Notes: generated by a model not told the origin, from the sequence alone. Positions 20,381-29,901 are shown, numbered from the stretch's first letter. The stretch: 64,000 nt of DNA from an uncultured bacterium (GCA_963729625.1 CAVSOU010000010.1:32001-96000); one strand, 5' to 3'. Numbers and translations: made by a program.

Positions 20381-21598
20381 CTACCGTTCACGGCGGAAGA
20401 ATCGCCGGATGGTCTCGACGCGCTCCAACGCCTGTCCGTGCAGCTTGCGGCGCATCGCCGGATCGAGCCATCCGAGCAACGGCCCTCCGAAACCACGATC
20501 GGTTCCTTCCGCAGCGCTGGACGGAGCGTGAAACGGCAACTCTGCCGTGGACGACTCGGCGCTTGGCGGGACGGGCGTCGAAACGGGCTGCGCTGAGGCG
20601 GCCGCCGCCATCGTCGCTGGAATGGGCGCCTCGGTCTCTGTCGCGGGCTGGGCATGCGCTCGAGTGGCTTCTGCTCTAGGCCCGTGGGCCACGGCCACTA
20701 TCAGCTCGCCGGAGTCCGGAGCAGGCTGGGTCTCAGCAGAGGCCCTGTCATTGGCGGCGGGAGCTCCCGTGGCGGCGATCGTGAATTCTGGACGACCGGC
20801 GCCATGAGGGCCCGGCGACACTGGCGCGACGTGTGATTGTTCGGCACAGCCCTCCGGCTTCGCCGGTCCCGTCTCGCTCAACTGTGCATCAGCAGGGCTA
20901 CCAGTCAGGTCGGACCCTGGCGCCACGACGCCGGAGGTCCGGGAGCCGGTCGCACCGGCAGCCTCAACGGGAGCGCCTGCAGCCGCTGCCGCGCTGCCCC
21001 TCTCGGCGTCATTCGCCGGTTGCATTCCGGGTTCCGGCGCCGCTGGATGTGCGGAATCTTGTCGTTCCGGCTCAGTAGCGGTAACGTTTCCATTCATGGG
21101 CACATGAGACGCGGATCGGGTGTGAGAGACGACGGCATCGCCCGAGGAAGGCGCCGGAGTCTCCGCAGACTCGACAAGCATGCGCCTCGACGTGCCCTCG
21201 ATTGTCGCTCCTTCAAGCAGTTTCAGGCGGTTGTCCCGATCGCTTACCTGCGCCTGCAAATAGCCGACCTGGCCGGATAGTCGAACACGATCTTCCTGCA
21301 GCCTCGCAATTTGCTCGTCCCTGTCTCGCAACATTTCGAGCAGCATGAGGAAGTTGGCATGGGCTGTCGACGATTCGCGTCCATCAAGCTCGGTCGCCGG
21401 CGGCTTTTCAATTCCCGCGACCTGAACAGTCGCGACCGGCTGACCTAGCGAGACCAGGTCCGCGCGAGACACCAGCCACCGCTTGCCGCGCCGGATAGCG
21501 GGCAGCTTGCCCGAGTGAGCGAGGGATCGCAGTTCCCGCTTGGATCGGCCGCTCTGCGAGGATGCCTGGCTCAGCGTAAGATGGTCGTCGATTGACAT
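20381..21598 (-). CDS. HTH_17/excisionase-like DNA-binding protein with coiled coil and low-complexity C-terminus
   Basis: LTLSQAS...GKLPAIRRGKRWLV, coiled coil, Ala/Pro-rich tail. Confidence 0.65.
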   Translation of the reverse strand: MSIDDHLTLSQASSQSGRSKRELRSLAHSGKLPAIRRGKRWLVSRADLVSLGQPVATVQVAGIEKPPATELDGRESSTAHANFLMLLEMLRDRDEQIARLQEDRVRLSGQVGYLQAQVSDRDNRLKLLEGATIEGTSRRMLVESAETPAPSSGDAVVSHTRSASHVPMNGNVTATEPERQDSAHPAAPEPGMQPANDAERGSAAAAAGAPVEAAGATGSRTSGVVAPGSDLTGSPADAQLSETGPAKPEGCAEQSHVAPVSPGPHGAGRPEFTIAATGAPAANDRASAETQPAPDSGELIVAVAHGPRAEATRAHAQPATETEAPIPATMAAAASAQPVSTPVPPSAESSTAELPFHAPSSAAEGTDRGFGGPLLGWLDPAMRRKLHGQALERVETIRRFFRRER

Positions 21599-21685
21599 GC
21601 GCCAAGTGTAGCGTCTAGAGCGAGCGAGCACAACCTGTGCGTGACGAACCTGCGCCACACGCGGCCGGCAGGCCGGAGATTGCCT

Positions 21686-22009
21686 CTAGCTCTGGCCTTG
21701 CGCCTGAGGTTTCGGCAGGTCCGGGAGGGGTTCGGAAAGCACGGGTACAGCCGCCGGACGCGGGGGGCCGAGCCGAAGGATGCGACGCAAGTCGTCCATG
21801 GTCACGCGCCCAAAGACGCTCCCGCCACCTTCGACGGCGACCACCGGGATTTCATAGCGATATCGTTCGAACAGATCGACATCGGTCATGATGTCAATTT
21901 GCTCAACCGCCAACGGGCACTCACGCGATAACTCTTCGAGAAATCCTTCAGCTAACTCGCAAAGGTGACATCCTGGTTTGGTGTAGAGACGGACAACGGG
22001 TATCGTCAT
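21686..22009 (-). CDS. Glutaredoxin-like protein (DUF836 type)
   Basis: LYTKPGCHLCE...YRYEIPVV. Confidence 0.88.
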   Translation of the reverse strand: MTIPVVRLYTKPGCHLCELAEGFLEELSRECPLAVEQIDIMTDVDLFERYRYEIPVVAVEGGGSVFGRVTMDDLRRILRLGPPRPAAVPVLSEPLPDLPKPQAQGQS

Positions 22010-22015
22010 GGGGCT

Positions 22016-22366
22016 TTACCAATAGCGAATATAAAGAAAGGCGACAAGCAGAAGTCCTGCAATCTGCACGAAACCGGTTGGCAGCCCTCCCAGGCTGACC
22101 GTTGAGTACGTTAGCACCGTCCACAGCGCGGCCACCACGACGACGAAGCTCACACCCCGGGTTGCGTTCACTCCGCCCGTGGATGCGCGCCTGAAGCCAT
22201 ACGGATCGTAGGATGCCATCCCGCGAGCCGCCGGTCGCACGCCCCTCGGTCGCTGCCTGGGCTGTCGCAATTCGCGCCACCAGCGCCGAACGGCTAGATA
22301 TCGGCGCGTAATGAAGCGATATCGCCAGTAGAGGGAGTTCTCCTGAAGTTTCTTGAATAGGCCCAT
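22016..22366 (-). CDS. Hypothetical membrane protein
   Basis: Two C-terminal TM segments, operonic with the glutaredoxin-like gene. Confidence 0.65.
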   Translation of the reverse strand: MGLFKKLQENSLYWRYRFITRRYLAVRRWWRELRQPRQRPRGVRPAARGMASYDPYGFRRASTGGVNATRGVSFVVVVAALWTVLTYSTVSLGGLPTGFVQIAGLLLVAFLYIRYW

Positions 22367-22553
22367 TGGGACCTGCCTTCACCTTGTGGGCGCAAGGTAC
22401 GATATCCACCCTGCACGGTATTTCGATCGTAAGTATAGGCCCGTGCGGAAATTCAGTCCATTGCAGGATGATCTGAGGATTTCGGCGGGCGACATGGCGA
22501 AGTGATCGGCAAAGATGAAGGAAGCTGCGCGCGTCGACCCCGGAGCGAACTCC

Positions 22554-22805
22554 CTAGGGCAAACCAAAAGCGAGTAAGGCGACACCAATGCTCAGCAGAC
22601 CCAATGGAGGCAGAATACTATTCGTATTCCTTTGGCCACCGATGGTTTCGACCTGGCCATCGAAGGTCACCGAAGTGGTCAGCAACACGTAGACAGCGAT
22701 CAACACGAGGGCCGCACCAAGCAGCGCCGAAAGGCGACGCAATCGCCGCATCCGGCGCGCGCGACGCATCTGTTTCTCGTCATATGCGCGCATATGTGGC
22801 CTCAA
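22554..22805 (-). CDS. Small membrane protein
   Basis: Basic N-terminus then two hydrophobic segments. Confidence 0.5.
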   Translation of the reverse strand: MRPHMRAYDEKQMRRARRMRRLRRLSALLGAALVLIAVYVLLTTSVTFDGQVETIGGQRNTNSILPPLGLLSIGVALLAFGLP

Positions 22806-22970
22806 TTGACATTGCTACGTCCGCTGTCGAACGGCGCGTCGTGAACCCGAATGCTATCGCTACGGGCACCAAACGATTGACTTAACCTATATTGACAAAT
22901 ATCCGACTAGCGCAGTAAAGTTATCGCAGGCGGCCAGGACCGGCCGCGAAGCTCGGCGGGTTGGAGTCGT

Positions 22971-23711
22971 TTGGATTCTATCACTAGCACGGTTATATCC
23001 GACTACCTTCAGACAATTTACAACACCGCGATGGAGGGCGACCCAGTTATCGCGGCCGGACTGGCGCGTAAGTTCCGCGTGTCCGCCCCAAACGTGGCCG
23101 CGATTCTGCGTCGCATGGAGCAGGGCGGCCTGGTGCAGCGCGACAGCCGGAAGGCCATCGCCCTGACCGATGCCGGCAAAGCACGTGCCGAGGTCGTGCT
23201 GCGCAAGCATCGCCTAGCCGAGCGAATGCTGATCGAGCTACTTGACCTGGACTGGATCGCGGCCCACCAGCAGGCGCACCACCTCGAGCACGCGTTCACT
23301 CCCATGGTCGAAATGCGGATTGACGAGGTGCTCAATCATCCCGCAACATGCCCCCACGGCAACCCTATCCCGGGCGGCGTGCGAGACGCATCACAGTATC
23401 TTCGCGACGTGGGGGCGCTGCGCCTGAGCGACGCGCCAGCAAGAGACTGGCTCGAAGTCATCTGCATTTCTGAAGTGGTCGAAGACGAGACCGCAGTATT
23501 GCGTTACGTTGGCGACAAGGGCTTGCGACCTGGAACACCGCTTACGGTTTGTGAGCGCGAGCCTGGAGGCGCGATCAGCGTCGACGTGCGCGGTCGCACC
23601 GTGGTGCTCGGGCTCGATCTCGCATCGAAGATCTGGGTCCGACACCTGGCTGGTGCGACTGCTAAGGACGCGAGACCGGATGATACCGGCACACCAGGCA
23701 GACTCGCGTAG
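22971..23711 (+). CDS. DtxR/MntR family metal-dependent transcriptional regulator with FeoA/SH3 domain
   Basis: DYLQTIY, RKHRLAER, LEH, CPHGNPIP. Confidence 0.93.
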   Translation: MDSITSTVISDYLQTIYNTAMEGDPVIAAGLARKFRVSAPNVAAILRRMEQGGLVQRDSRKAIALTDAGKARAEVVLRKHRLAERMLIELLDLDWIAAHQQAHHLEHAFTPMVEMRIDEVLNHPATCPHGNPIPGGVRDASQYLRDVGALRLSDAPARDWLEVICISEVVEDETAVLRYVGDKGLRPGTPLTVCEREPGGAISVDVRGRTVVLGLDLASKIWVRHLAGATAKDARPDDTGTPGRLA

Positions 23712-23739
23712 ATGGCAAAACCTTCATCCAGGCGTCGTG

Positions 23740-23905
23740 CCGGGCGACGGAGGACCAGTGTGGAACACGAGCAGTCTCCTCGATGACGGCAGCGGCTTCG
23801 GGGATGTCCTGCACAGAGTGTTGGGCTATTCGTCTTCACCATCCCTGCTCCAGCTTCTGGCATGGGCGGCCTTCCTGGCGGTGGGTCTCGCAGCATTCCT
23901 AGAAT
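23740..23905 (+). pseudogene. C-terminal remnant of an FTR1/EfeU iron permease
   Basis: VWNTSSLLDDGSGFGDVLHRVLGYSSSPSLLQLLAW resembles the FTR1 C-terminus. No N-terminal part or start codon. Confidence 0.65.
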
Positions 23906-24049
23906 CGACCGGATCCGCGTTCGTACGCGTGAAGGCAACCCTGGACAAGCCTTCAGGCTTGTCGCGAGCGCAGTTTCCGGTCACCAGGTTCTCAGGTAAG
24001 CTGACCAGTAGGGCATGTTGGCGCAGAGGCTTGTCAACCCGAGCTAGAG

Positions 24050-24799
24050 GTGTGTAGAGGCGTGGGATATCCGCTCGTCGTCTTTGCCGTTAGCACCGTG
24101 TTCTGCGCAACGGTGTTGCAGCAGTACGTGCACCGTCGCAGGAGTTACCAGCTCGCGTGGAGCCTGGCACTCGGCTCGGCTTCCGCCGGCTCTCTCGCTT
24201 ACGTAGTCTTTCTCCTGGCCGGCAGACCTGCACTGGCGTTTCGGCTGTACTACATCTTCGGGGCCCTTCTGACCGCTCCTCTGTTGGGCATTGGCAGTCT
24301 CCTTCTCGCCTCGCGGACGCCCGAGGCCCGCAGGCGCGTGCGACGGATCATCAGCCTGGTGGGCCTCGGCTGCATGGCGGGCGCAGCTCTCCTGCTCGTC
24401 AATCCAATACACGCCGAACTCTTGCGACAGCTTGATGGCGGCCCTGGCACCAACCCGGACGTCTACGCGGAAGGGGCGTGGAAGCCGGTGCTCATCGTGC
24501 TGAACATCGTCGGCGCGGTAGGCGTGTTTGGCGTCGCCCTGCACTCGGGCTGGCAGCTCTATCGGCGATCCGGTACGCGGCGGCTGGTGGTAGCGAACGG
24601 GCTCATTGCGTTCGGGACCTATGTGATTTCTCAGGCCGGTGGGCAAGCCCGCACGGGCTTCGGCGCAGGCGCCTTCTGGCTCACAATGGCCGTGGGCTGG
24701 CTCGTGCTGTTCGGCGGCTTTCTGTGCACGTTCAGCCTGCGCAGCGAGAGCTCAAGTGCACGGCAGACTATCAGCCGTCGTGATGCGGCGACTGCTTAG
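24050..24799 (+). CDS. Polytopic membrane protein (about 7 TM)
   Basis: Successive hydrophobic segments, YQLAWSLAL and FRLYYIFGA motifs. Confidence 0.75.
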   Translation: MCRGVGYPLVVFAVSTVFCATVLQQYVHRRRSYQLAWSLALGSASAGSLAYVVFLLAGRPALAFRLYYIFGALLTAPLLGIGSLLLASRTPEARRRVRRIISLVGLGCMAGAALLLVNPIHAELLRQLDGGPGTNPDVYAEGAWKPVLIVLNIVGAVGVFGVALHSGWQLYRRSGTRRLVVANGLIAFGTYVISQAGGQARTGFGAGAFWLTMAVGWLVLFGGFLCTFSLRSESSSARQTISRRDAATA

Positions 24800-25682
24800 C
24801 TTGTTGCATATCCGGACGACGTTCATGTTGACGGCGACATTCGAAGAGGACTACAGCTGCCGCGACCGCAAGGTTGAGTGAGCCACCGTGCGCCATCGGT
24901 ATGCTTACCGACATATCACAGTCCGCTATGATGCTACGCGGCAGCCCTTCGCCTTCGTTGCCGAAGACCAGGACGCACCGGCTTGGAAGGCGCGCCGACC
25001 AAATGTCGATCTCTGCCCTGGAAGATGTGGCGACAACCCTGAGGTCGTGCGCGCGACACCACGCGAGCAGCGTGGCCCACGAGTCCGCTCTGGCGAAGGG
25101 CACTGAGAACAGAGTACCCATGCTTGCCTTGACAGATGCAGGGCTATAGATGTCGGTCCCCCCCATGACAATCGCTCCATCACAGCCGGTCGCGTCGATT
25201 GTGCGAAATGACGTGCCAAGGTTTCCAGGATTACCCGGCGAGTAGAACGCCGCGAAAACAGCGGCTTCGGGGACCGCCAGACCAGGTAGTCCGGTGTCGA
25301 ACTGGGAAACGATGGCGGCGAGCCCAGATGGGCGATCGCGCTCGGCCAGATCCTCAAACAGCGCGCCGGATAGTGAGAGCACGCGAGCGCCTCGCCGGAT
25401 CTGGCGAACGACCATTTCTCTCGCGCCCTCGCTAGATAACAGGTCGGGCGCAACGATCAACGTGTCAATGGGGGCTCGGAAGTCGACGGCGCGCCATACA
25501 GGGAGAATGCCCTCGACAAAGAACGATCGCTGCCGGTCTCTCTCGGCGCGCACCCGCAGAGAGCGTACGCGTCTCACCAGGGGATTCGTCCTGCTCTTTA
25601 CAGCATCGCGGACAAGCTGCTTCCAGGCATCCTCGACTTCAGCTGCGGTCGCAGCATCACCGATCTGTCCCTTTGGAACCAT
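24771..25682 (-). CDS. TrmH/SpoU family RNA methyltransferase
   Basis: PGNLGT, VFGNEGEGL, IPM...SLNLAVAAAV. Confidence 0.92.
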   Translation of the reverse strand: MVPKGQIGDAATAAEVEDAWKQLVRDAVKSRTNPLVRRVRSLRVRAERDRQRSFFVEGILPVWRAVDFRAPIDTLIVAPDLLSSEGAREMVVRQIRRGARVLSLSGALFEDLAERDRPSGLAAIVSQFDTGLPGLAVPEAAVFAAFYSPGNPGNLGTSFRTIDATGCDGAIVMGGTDIYSPASVKASMGTLFSVPFARADSWATLLAWCRAHDLRVVATSSRAEIDIWSARLPSRCVLVFGNEGEGLPRSIIADCDMSVSIPMAHGGSLNLAVAAAVVLFECRRQHERRPDMQQAKQSPHHDG

Positions 25683-26004
25683 GTGGATAGTTGCCTCGGC
25701 TTGCCGTCAACCGAACTGTTGCGGATTTGACCGTGGGCGGTCTCCACTCATGATAGCCTGTCGGACCTACAGCCATCCGCTGGACGAACAAGGATCACCT
25801 GGATTGGCCGCTGCTGCCGGGCCAACTGATACCTGGCATACCGATCCTCACCTGCAGGTCCAACCGAAGACAGGCGCGTTCAGACGTTCGTCGAGTAGCT
25901 GACGCCTCTCATTAGGGACGTGACGGAGAGACACAGGTACTGTCACGCCTGGCGACCTGAATTGGATGAGTTGGCCGTTCGGTACAAAAAAACGGCTCGA
26001 GCAC

Positions 26005-26033
26005 TTGCGTTTTCGGCCATTGAGGCGTATATT
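26005..26033 (+). promoter_or_regulatory. Sigma70-type promoter
   Basis: TTGCGT-17 bp-TATATT. Confidence 0.5.
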
Positions 26034-26267
26034 CTGTCGGTGTGGGACGCTGTATCCTCGCCGGTATCGCCGTCACCTCCGAGGACGCAGTTGGACTCTC
26101 AAGTCATGTAGAGCAACTCGCCACTCCACCCGCTCCTGGTTACTACCGGGTCGGATGACCGCAGACTTTCACAGAGGGCTTACACAAGTGACGGAAGTTG
26201 CGAAACCCACAAGCGCTGAGACGTCAGGTGGTGCAACGCAATGAAAGACCGTGGTGGAGGTCGCGGA

Positions 26268-26507
26268 ATGGCGGCTCGGCACCAGGACCCAATTCACTGC
26301 CGCCATTGCCATCGCGAACTTGGGCCCAACGTGCCGCACGCATGTGGCCATTGTGGCGCGAACGTCTGTGGCGCGTGTGGTGGGCTGCGAGACAACCCGT
26401 CCGGTAACGGGTACCTCTGTGCGCGCTGCCACGAGGCTGCGGTGGAATGGCGCGCTCGGTGGCACTTGCGCTCGGATGCACGGACCCTCGGCCCGCTTAA
26501 CGTATGA
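26268..26507 (+). CDS. Small 8-Cys double zinc-finger protein (FYVE-like spacing)
   Basis: GGAGG SD, four CxxC pairs spaced 11/4/13. Confidence 0.65.
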   Translation: MAARHQDPIHCRHCHRELGPNVPHACGHCGANVCGACGGLRDNPSGNGYLCARCHEAAVEWRARWHLRSDARTLGPLNV

Positions 26508-26588
26508 TTCGCGGAGAGCGCGAGAGTCTCTTGCCAATGCATGCGACGCCAAGCTCGAGCGGGGTAATGCCTATGTCGGAAGGTTAAC

Positions 26589-27047
26589 GTGGAACTGTAT
26601 CTGCTTCGCCACGCCGAGGCGGGAGACGCATCGCGTGATGAGGACCGCGCGTTGACAGATCACGGTCGGCTTCAGGCAAGCGCCGCGGCAGGTGGCATCT
26701 CCTCGTTGCGCCTCACGCTAGAAACGCTTGTCAGCAGCCCGGCCATTCGCGCAGTGCAGACAGCTGAGCCTGTAGCCGCGGCGCTTGGGCTCCCGCTTGA
26801 GACGGCCGACGCACTGTCAGTCGGGCGAAGCCCGGCCGAGGCTTTGGAACTGCTCGCCATGTACAGAGGCCCCATGCTGATGTTCGGCCACGAACCGCAG
26901 CTCTCGGGTGTGTTAATGGCCGTGACCGGCGGTCGTGTGCGCATGCGAAAAGCCATGTTGGCGCGCATCGACCTGGAGTCGCTGGACCCCGCGCTAGGCA
27001 GGATCGCGTGGATCCTTTCCTGGCAGCATCTCAAGGGGATCTCCTAA
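26589..27047 (+). CDS. sixA: Phosphohistidine phosphatase SixA
   Basis: LYLLRHAEA, DEDRALT, SSPAIRAVQTA, GHEPQL. Confidence 0.88.
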   Translation: MELYLLRHAEAGDASRDEDRALTDHGRLQASAAAGGISSLRLTLETLVSSPAIRAVQTAEPVAAALGLPLETADALSVGRSPAEALELLAMYRGPMLMFGHEPQLSGVLMAVTGGRVRMRKAMLARIDLESLDPALGRIAWILSWQHLKGIS

Positions 27048-27207
27048 CTCGCAGTGCACCCAGGCGCTCGTATCGTGCCACTCGCTTGAGAATCGCGCGA
27101 AGGGGCTGTTCTTCGCCGGCCTTTATCCCCTACGAGCGTGTCGATCCCAGACTACTTGACGTAGGCTAGATGCGGGTTACGAGCGAAGGGAAAGTATCCA
27201 CAAAACG

Positions 27208-27570
27208 ATGGGACATCCAAAGCGAGTCTTGGTTGTCGACGACGACACGATGGTTCGAGAGTTTATGCGGGATGCGCTTTCGGTGCAGGGCTACGCGGTT
27301 GAAGAGGCGGAGGACGGACTCGATGCCCTGGAGCAGGTGCAGGAATCCGAGTTCGACGCTATTCTGCTCGACATGCAAATGCCCAAGATGGATGGCTGGG
27401 CGTTTCTCAGAAGCTTCGAGATGCTCGAGGACCAGCGTGCGCAGATCGTGGTGTGCTCGGCCTTGGTAGACCTCGATCCACGTGTGAGCCAGGTGTCAGC
27501 GGCTGGATTTCTTTCGAAGCCGTTCGCGCTTAGCGATCTCTACGAGTGCATGCAGCGGTGTATGGGCTAG
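27208..27570 (+). CDS. CheY-like single-domain response regulator
   Basis: LVVDDD, LLDMQMP, FLSKPF. Confidence 0.92.
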   Translation: MGHPKRVLVVDDDTMVREFMRDALSVQGYAVEEAEDGLDALEQVQESEFDAILLDMQMPKMDGWAFLRSFEMLEDQRAQIVVCSALVDLDPRVSQVSAAGFLSKPFALSDLYECMQRCMG

Positions 27571-27675
27571 GACTGCAATGTCCTTGTTGAGACAGATCCT
27601 CTGTGACTTCACGAATCAGCCGGCAGACACGCGTACCGGCTCACAGCCGGCGCCCGTCGGCTCCGCTCAAGATCC

Positions 27676-27888
27676 TCAATTGGTCGCGCGTCGTTGACCA
27701 GGCGATGTGAGGATTTGAGAAAGCACCTGGTCAGTCTCCAACGCTTGCGTGCCGGCGAGCGTGATGGGCTGGATACCTTCGCAGTAGACTTCCAGTATTT
27801 GAGACTGCGTCATGAACTTCCATCCGACAACCTTGTCAATGTCAAATACAAGCTTTTGCAGCGGTGTGTGAATTGCATGCATGTTCAT
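27676..27888 (-). CDS. Small hypothetical protein
   Basis: GGAGG SD before ATG 27888, globular-looking composition. Confidence 0.5.
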   Translation of the reverse strand: MNMHAIHTPLQKLVFDIDKVVGWKFMTQSQILEVYCEGIQPITLAGTQALETDQVLSQILTSPGQRRATN

Positions 27889-28270
27889 GATGCGTGCGCC
27901 CTCCATGATGTTGTCGCGGTTCATGTCGCGTAGCATAGCACGAGTCGGTCAGGATTTGTTCGAAGATCGGGTATTGTAGGCTGCTGCGCTACATGCGGAA
28001 AACGCTGCCTCAGCGCCGGCGCGCGCGCCCAGGGAAGCCGCCGCTGTTCGGGCGAGGCTCAAGAATATTGCCGCTGACTTTCGTGACAGAGGCTGCGTTG
28101 ATGCCCAAGGTCAGCTGTCAGCGGGCAGCCTGAATGGCGAGGGGCCAAAGGGGGGCCCCTATTGTGATAATCTTTCGTATCGGCGTACTATGAATGTGGG
28201 TAAACGGCTTGGCCAAGCGGCCCAGCCGACTACCGTTGCCGAAGGCCGAGCACTGGAGGGCATTCGGTCT

Positions 28271-28882
28271 ATGCGACAGATTACGGTGTTGCTCGCGGTC
28301 TCGTCTCCCACACTTTGTGCGAAAATGCGGGGTGAGGTGATTGCAGACCCGGAGTTGGTGCTCGTCGGAGAGGCGGACGCCCCGTCGCAAGCCATCGTTG
28401 AGACACGGCGATTCGAGCCGCAGATCGTCTTGTGCGACCATGGGATGCTTTCCGATGGCCAGATGTCTGTGCTTGCGCAGCAGGCCTACGTCGTATCACT
28501 GCTCGTTTTGGTCACCCCAGACGATGAGTCCTGGCTGCCGCGACTGACCGTTCCTGTCGCGGGTACGGTGTCTGCCCATCACAGGCCGGGTGACCTGGTC
28601 AACAAGCTGCAGGCGATCATCAACGCTCCGGTTGCGTCTCTGGAGCCCAGCGTGGCGCTCGACGACCGGGATCCGGCGGTCGTCGATCAAGAGGACCTCA
28701 AGCCACTTGCTTACGACCCTGCCCAGGTGCCAAGTATCTCGAATGTGCCTGATCTTGTAGGAGTTCGCGATCCGGATGCACCGATTGGAAATGCCGGAGC
28801 GTTCGGGATGCCGATGGTCAAGAGCACGTCATTGCTGAAGAGGGTCGTCACGATGCCGGGCGGGGCCTCAGGCAAGCCCTGA
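28271..28882 (+). CDS. Degenerate receiver-domain protein
   Basis: ITVLLA...LVLVGEA...PQIVLCD resembles a NarL receiver, but the acidic pair and KP motif are not evident. GGAGG SD. Confidence 0.55.
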   Translation: MRQITVLLAVSSPTLCAKMRGEVIADPELVLVGEADAPSQAIVETRRFEPQIVLCDHGMLSDGQMSVLAQQAYVVSLLVLVTPDDESWLPRLTVPVAGTVSAHHRPGDLVNKLQAIINAPVASLEPSVALDDRDPAVVDQEDLKPLAYDPAQVPSISNVPDLVGVRDPDAPIGNAGAFGMPMVKSTSLLKRVVTMPGGASGKP

Positions 28883-29111
28883 ATCGCCGCAGGAAGGTCG
28901 GCCGATCTCGACGCCTGGCCCAGGTTCGGTGACGTGCTGTGCTATGATACCGATAGTTTGTGCGCGATATGCCTCGAGAACCCGTGGAGCGGTTGGCAGG
29001 TGTAGTCCGCGGCACGAATGGGGTTAGGGGCAATCGTGGCGATAGGGTCGTTGAAGACTTTCCGCACCACCTCCAGGTTTGGCCCAAGTGAACCGGCAAG
29101 GCGAGGCTTTG

Positions 29112-29342
29112 ATGAGTCTTGCTGACCGCTCCGCCAGGCGGAAACGGGCGGTGGCCAGACCTCGCCGATGCAAGGTGTGCAGACGCCCTGGCCCGCATCG
29201 CCGGAGAGATTGGCAGGGCCGCTGCACCACCTGCGCTGCCTACTGGCGTCGCACCGGTCGGGAACGACCGTTCGTGCTTGACGGTCGGCGCGAGGCCAAG
29301 GGCCAGCGGGTGCTGCCGTTCGCCCGTGAGCTGCAGACATAG
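29112..29342 (+). CDS. Small basic zinc-finger protein, GATA-like
   Basis: CKVC-x14-CTTCAAYWRRTGRERP. GAGG SD. Confidence 0.6.
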   Translation: MSLADRSARRKRAVARPRRCKVCRRPGPHRRRDWQGRCTTCAAYWRRTGRERPFVLDGRREAKGQRVLPFARELQT

Positions 29343-29400
29343 GCTCGCTGCCGACCGACAATCTTCGGCACGCGTTACCGGCAGGATTGAAGACTTCGCG

Positions 29401-29545
29401 CCCAACGCCGGAGTGGGGCGGATCACGTTCCATGGAGTGCGCCACAACCATGCTGGGCTGCTGCTACGGGAGGGCGTGGATCACACGCCCGCAAGCACGG
29501 GATTGAGCAACGCCTCGACACAGATCACCGCCGACATGTCTTGTT
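29401..29545 (+). pseudogene. C-terminal relic of a tyrosine integrase
   Basis: RITFHGVRHNHAGLLLREGVD...LSNASTQITADM aligns by eye to HxLRH...LGHAS.QIT.DxY, with the second His and the catalytic Tyr lost. Confidence 0.75.
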
Positions 29546-29561
29546 ACCCATTCTGTTACAC
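29542..29561 (+). repeat. Integrase arm-like site, copy 1 (TGTTAC x2, 12-bp period)
   Basis: TGTTACCCATTCTGTTACAC, 19/20 identical to 34747-34766. Confidence 0.7.
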
Positions 29562-29601
29562 ACGTGAGCAGAAATGAGGAGGTGTCGAACCGGGCCATTG
29601 A

Positions 29602-29630
29602 TAGACAACCAACCAGCAACACGGTATCCT
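29602..29630 (+). promoter_or_regulatory. Promoter of tRNA-Lys
   Basis: TAGACA-17 bp-TATCCT, 9 nt before the tRNA. Confidence 0.6.
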
Positions 29631-29639
29631 ACTCCATGC

Positions 29640-29712
<73 letters not shown>

Positions 29713-29718
29713 CCGCTC

Positions 29719-29754
29719 ACAACAACCCCCTTCCGGTCAGAAGGGGGTTGTTGT
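29719..29754. terminator. 15-bp stem-loop after tRNA-Lys, likely bidirectional terminator
   Basis: ACAACAACCCCCTTC-CGGTCA-GAAGGGGGTTGTTGT. Confidence 0.75.
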
Positions 29755-29901
29755 TGTCTTCCGGGATAATCGTGGAAGAGAGACCTTCGGCGCCAAACCT
29801 TGCCAGAGGATGGGGTACACATTCCGCTCACAGTTTTGGCAAATGGATCTGCCCCAGCTTCGCACGCTCAGCACTGACAACTGCATACGGTTAGGTCGTC
29901 G

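Noticed and set aside
22870-22900. DtxR operator upstream of the regulator
   Set aside because: Only a half site (TAGGTTA on the minus strand), with no convincing palindrome.
29575-29605. Minus-strand TCAATGGCCCGGTTCGACACC as the missing 3' half of the broken tRNA
   Set aside because: The T stem does not pair and there is no acceptor strand complementary to GGGCCGC. Similarity is too weak.
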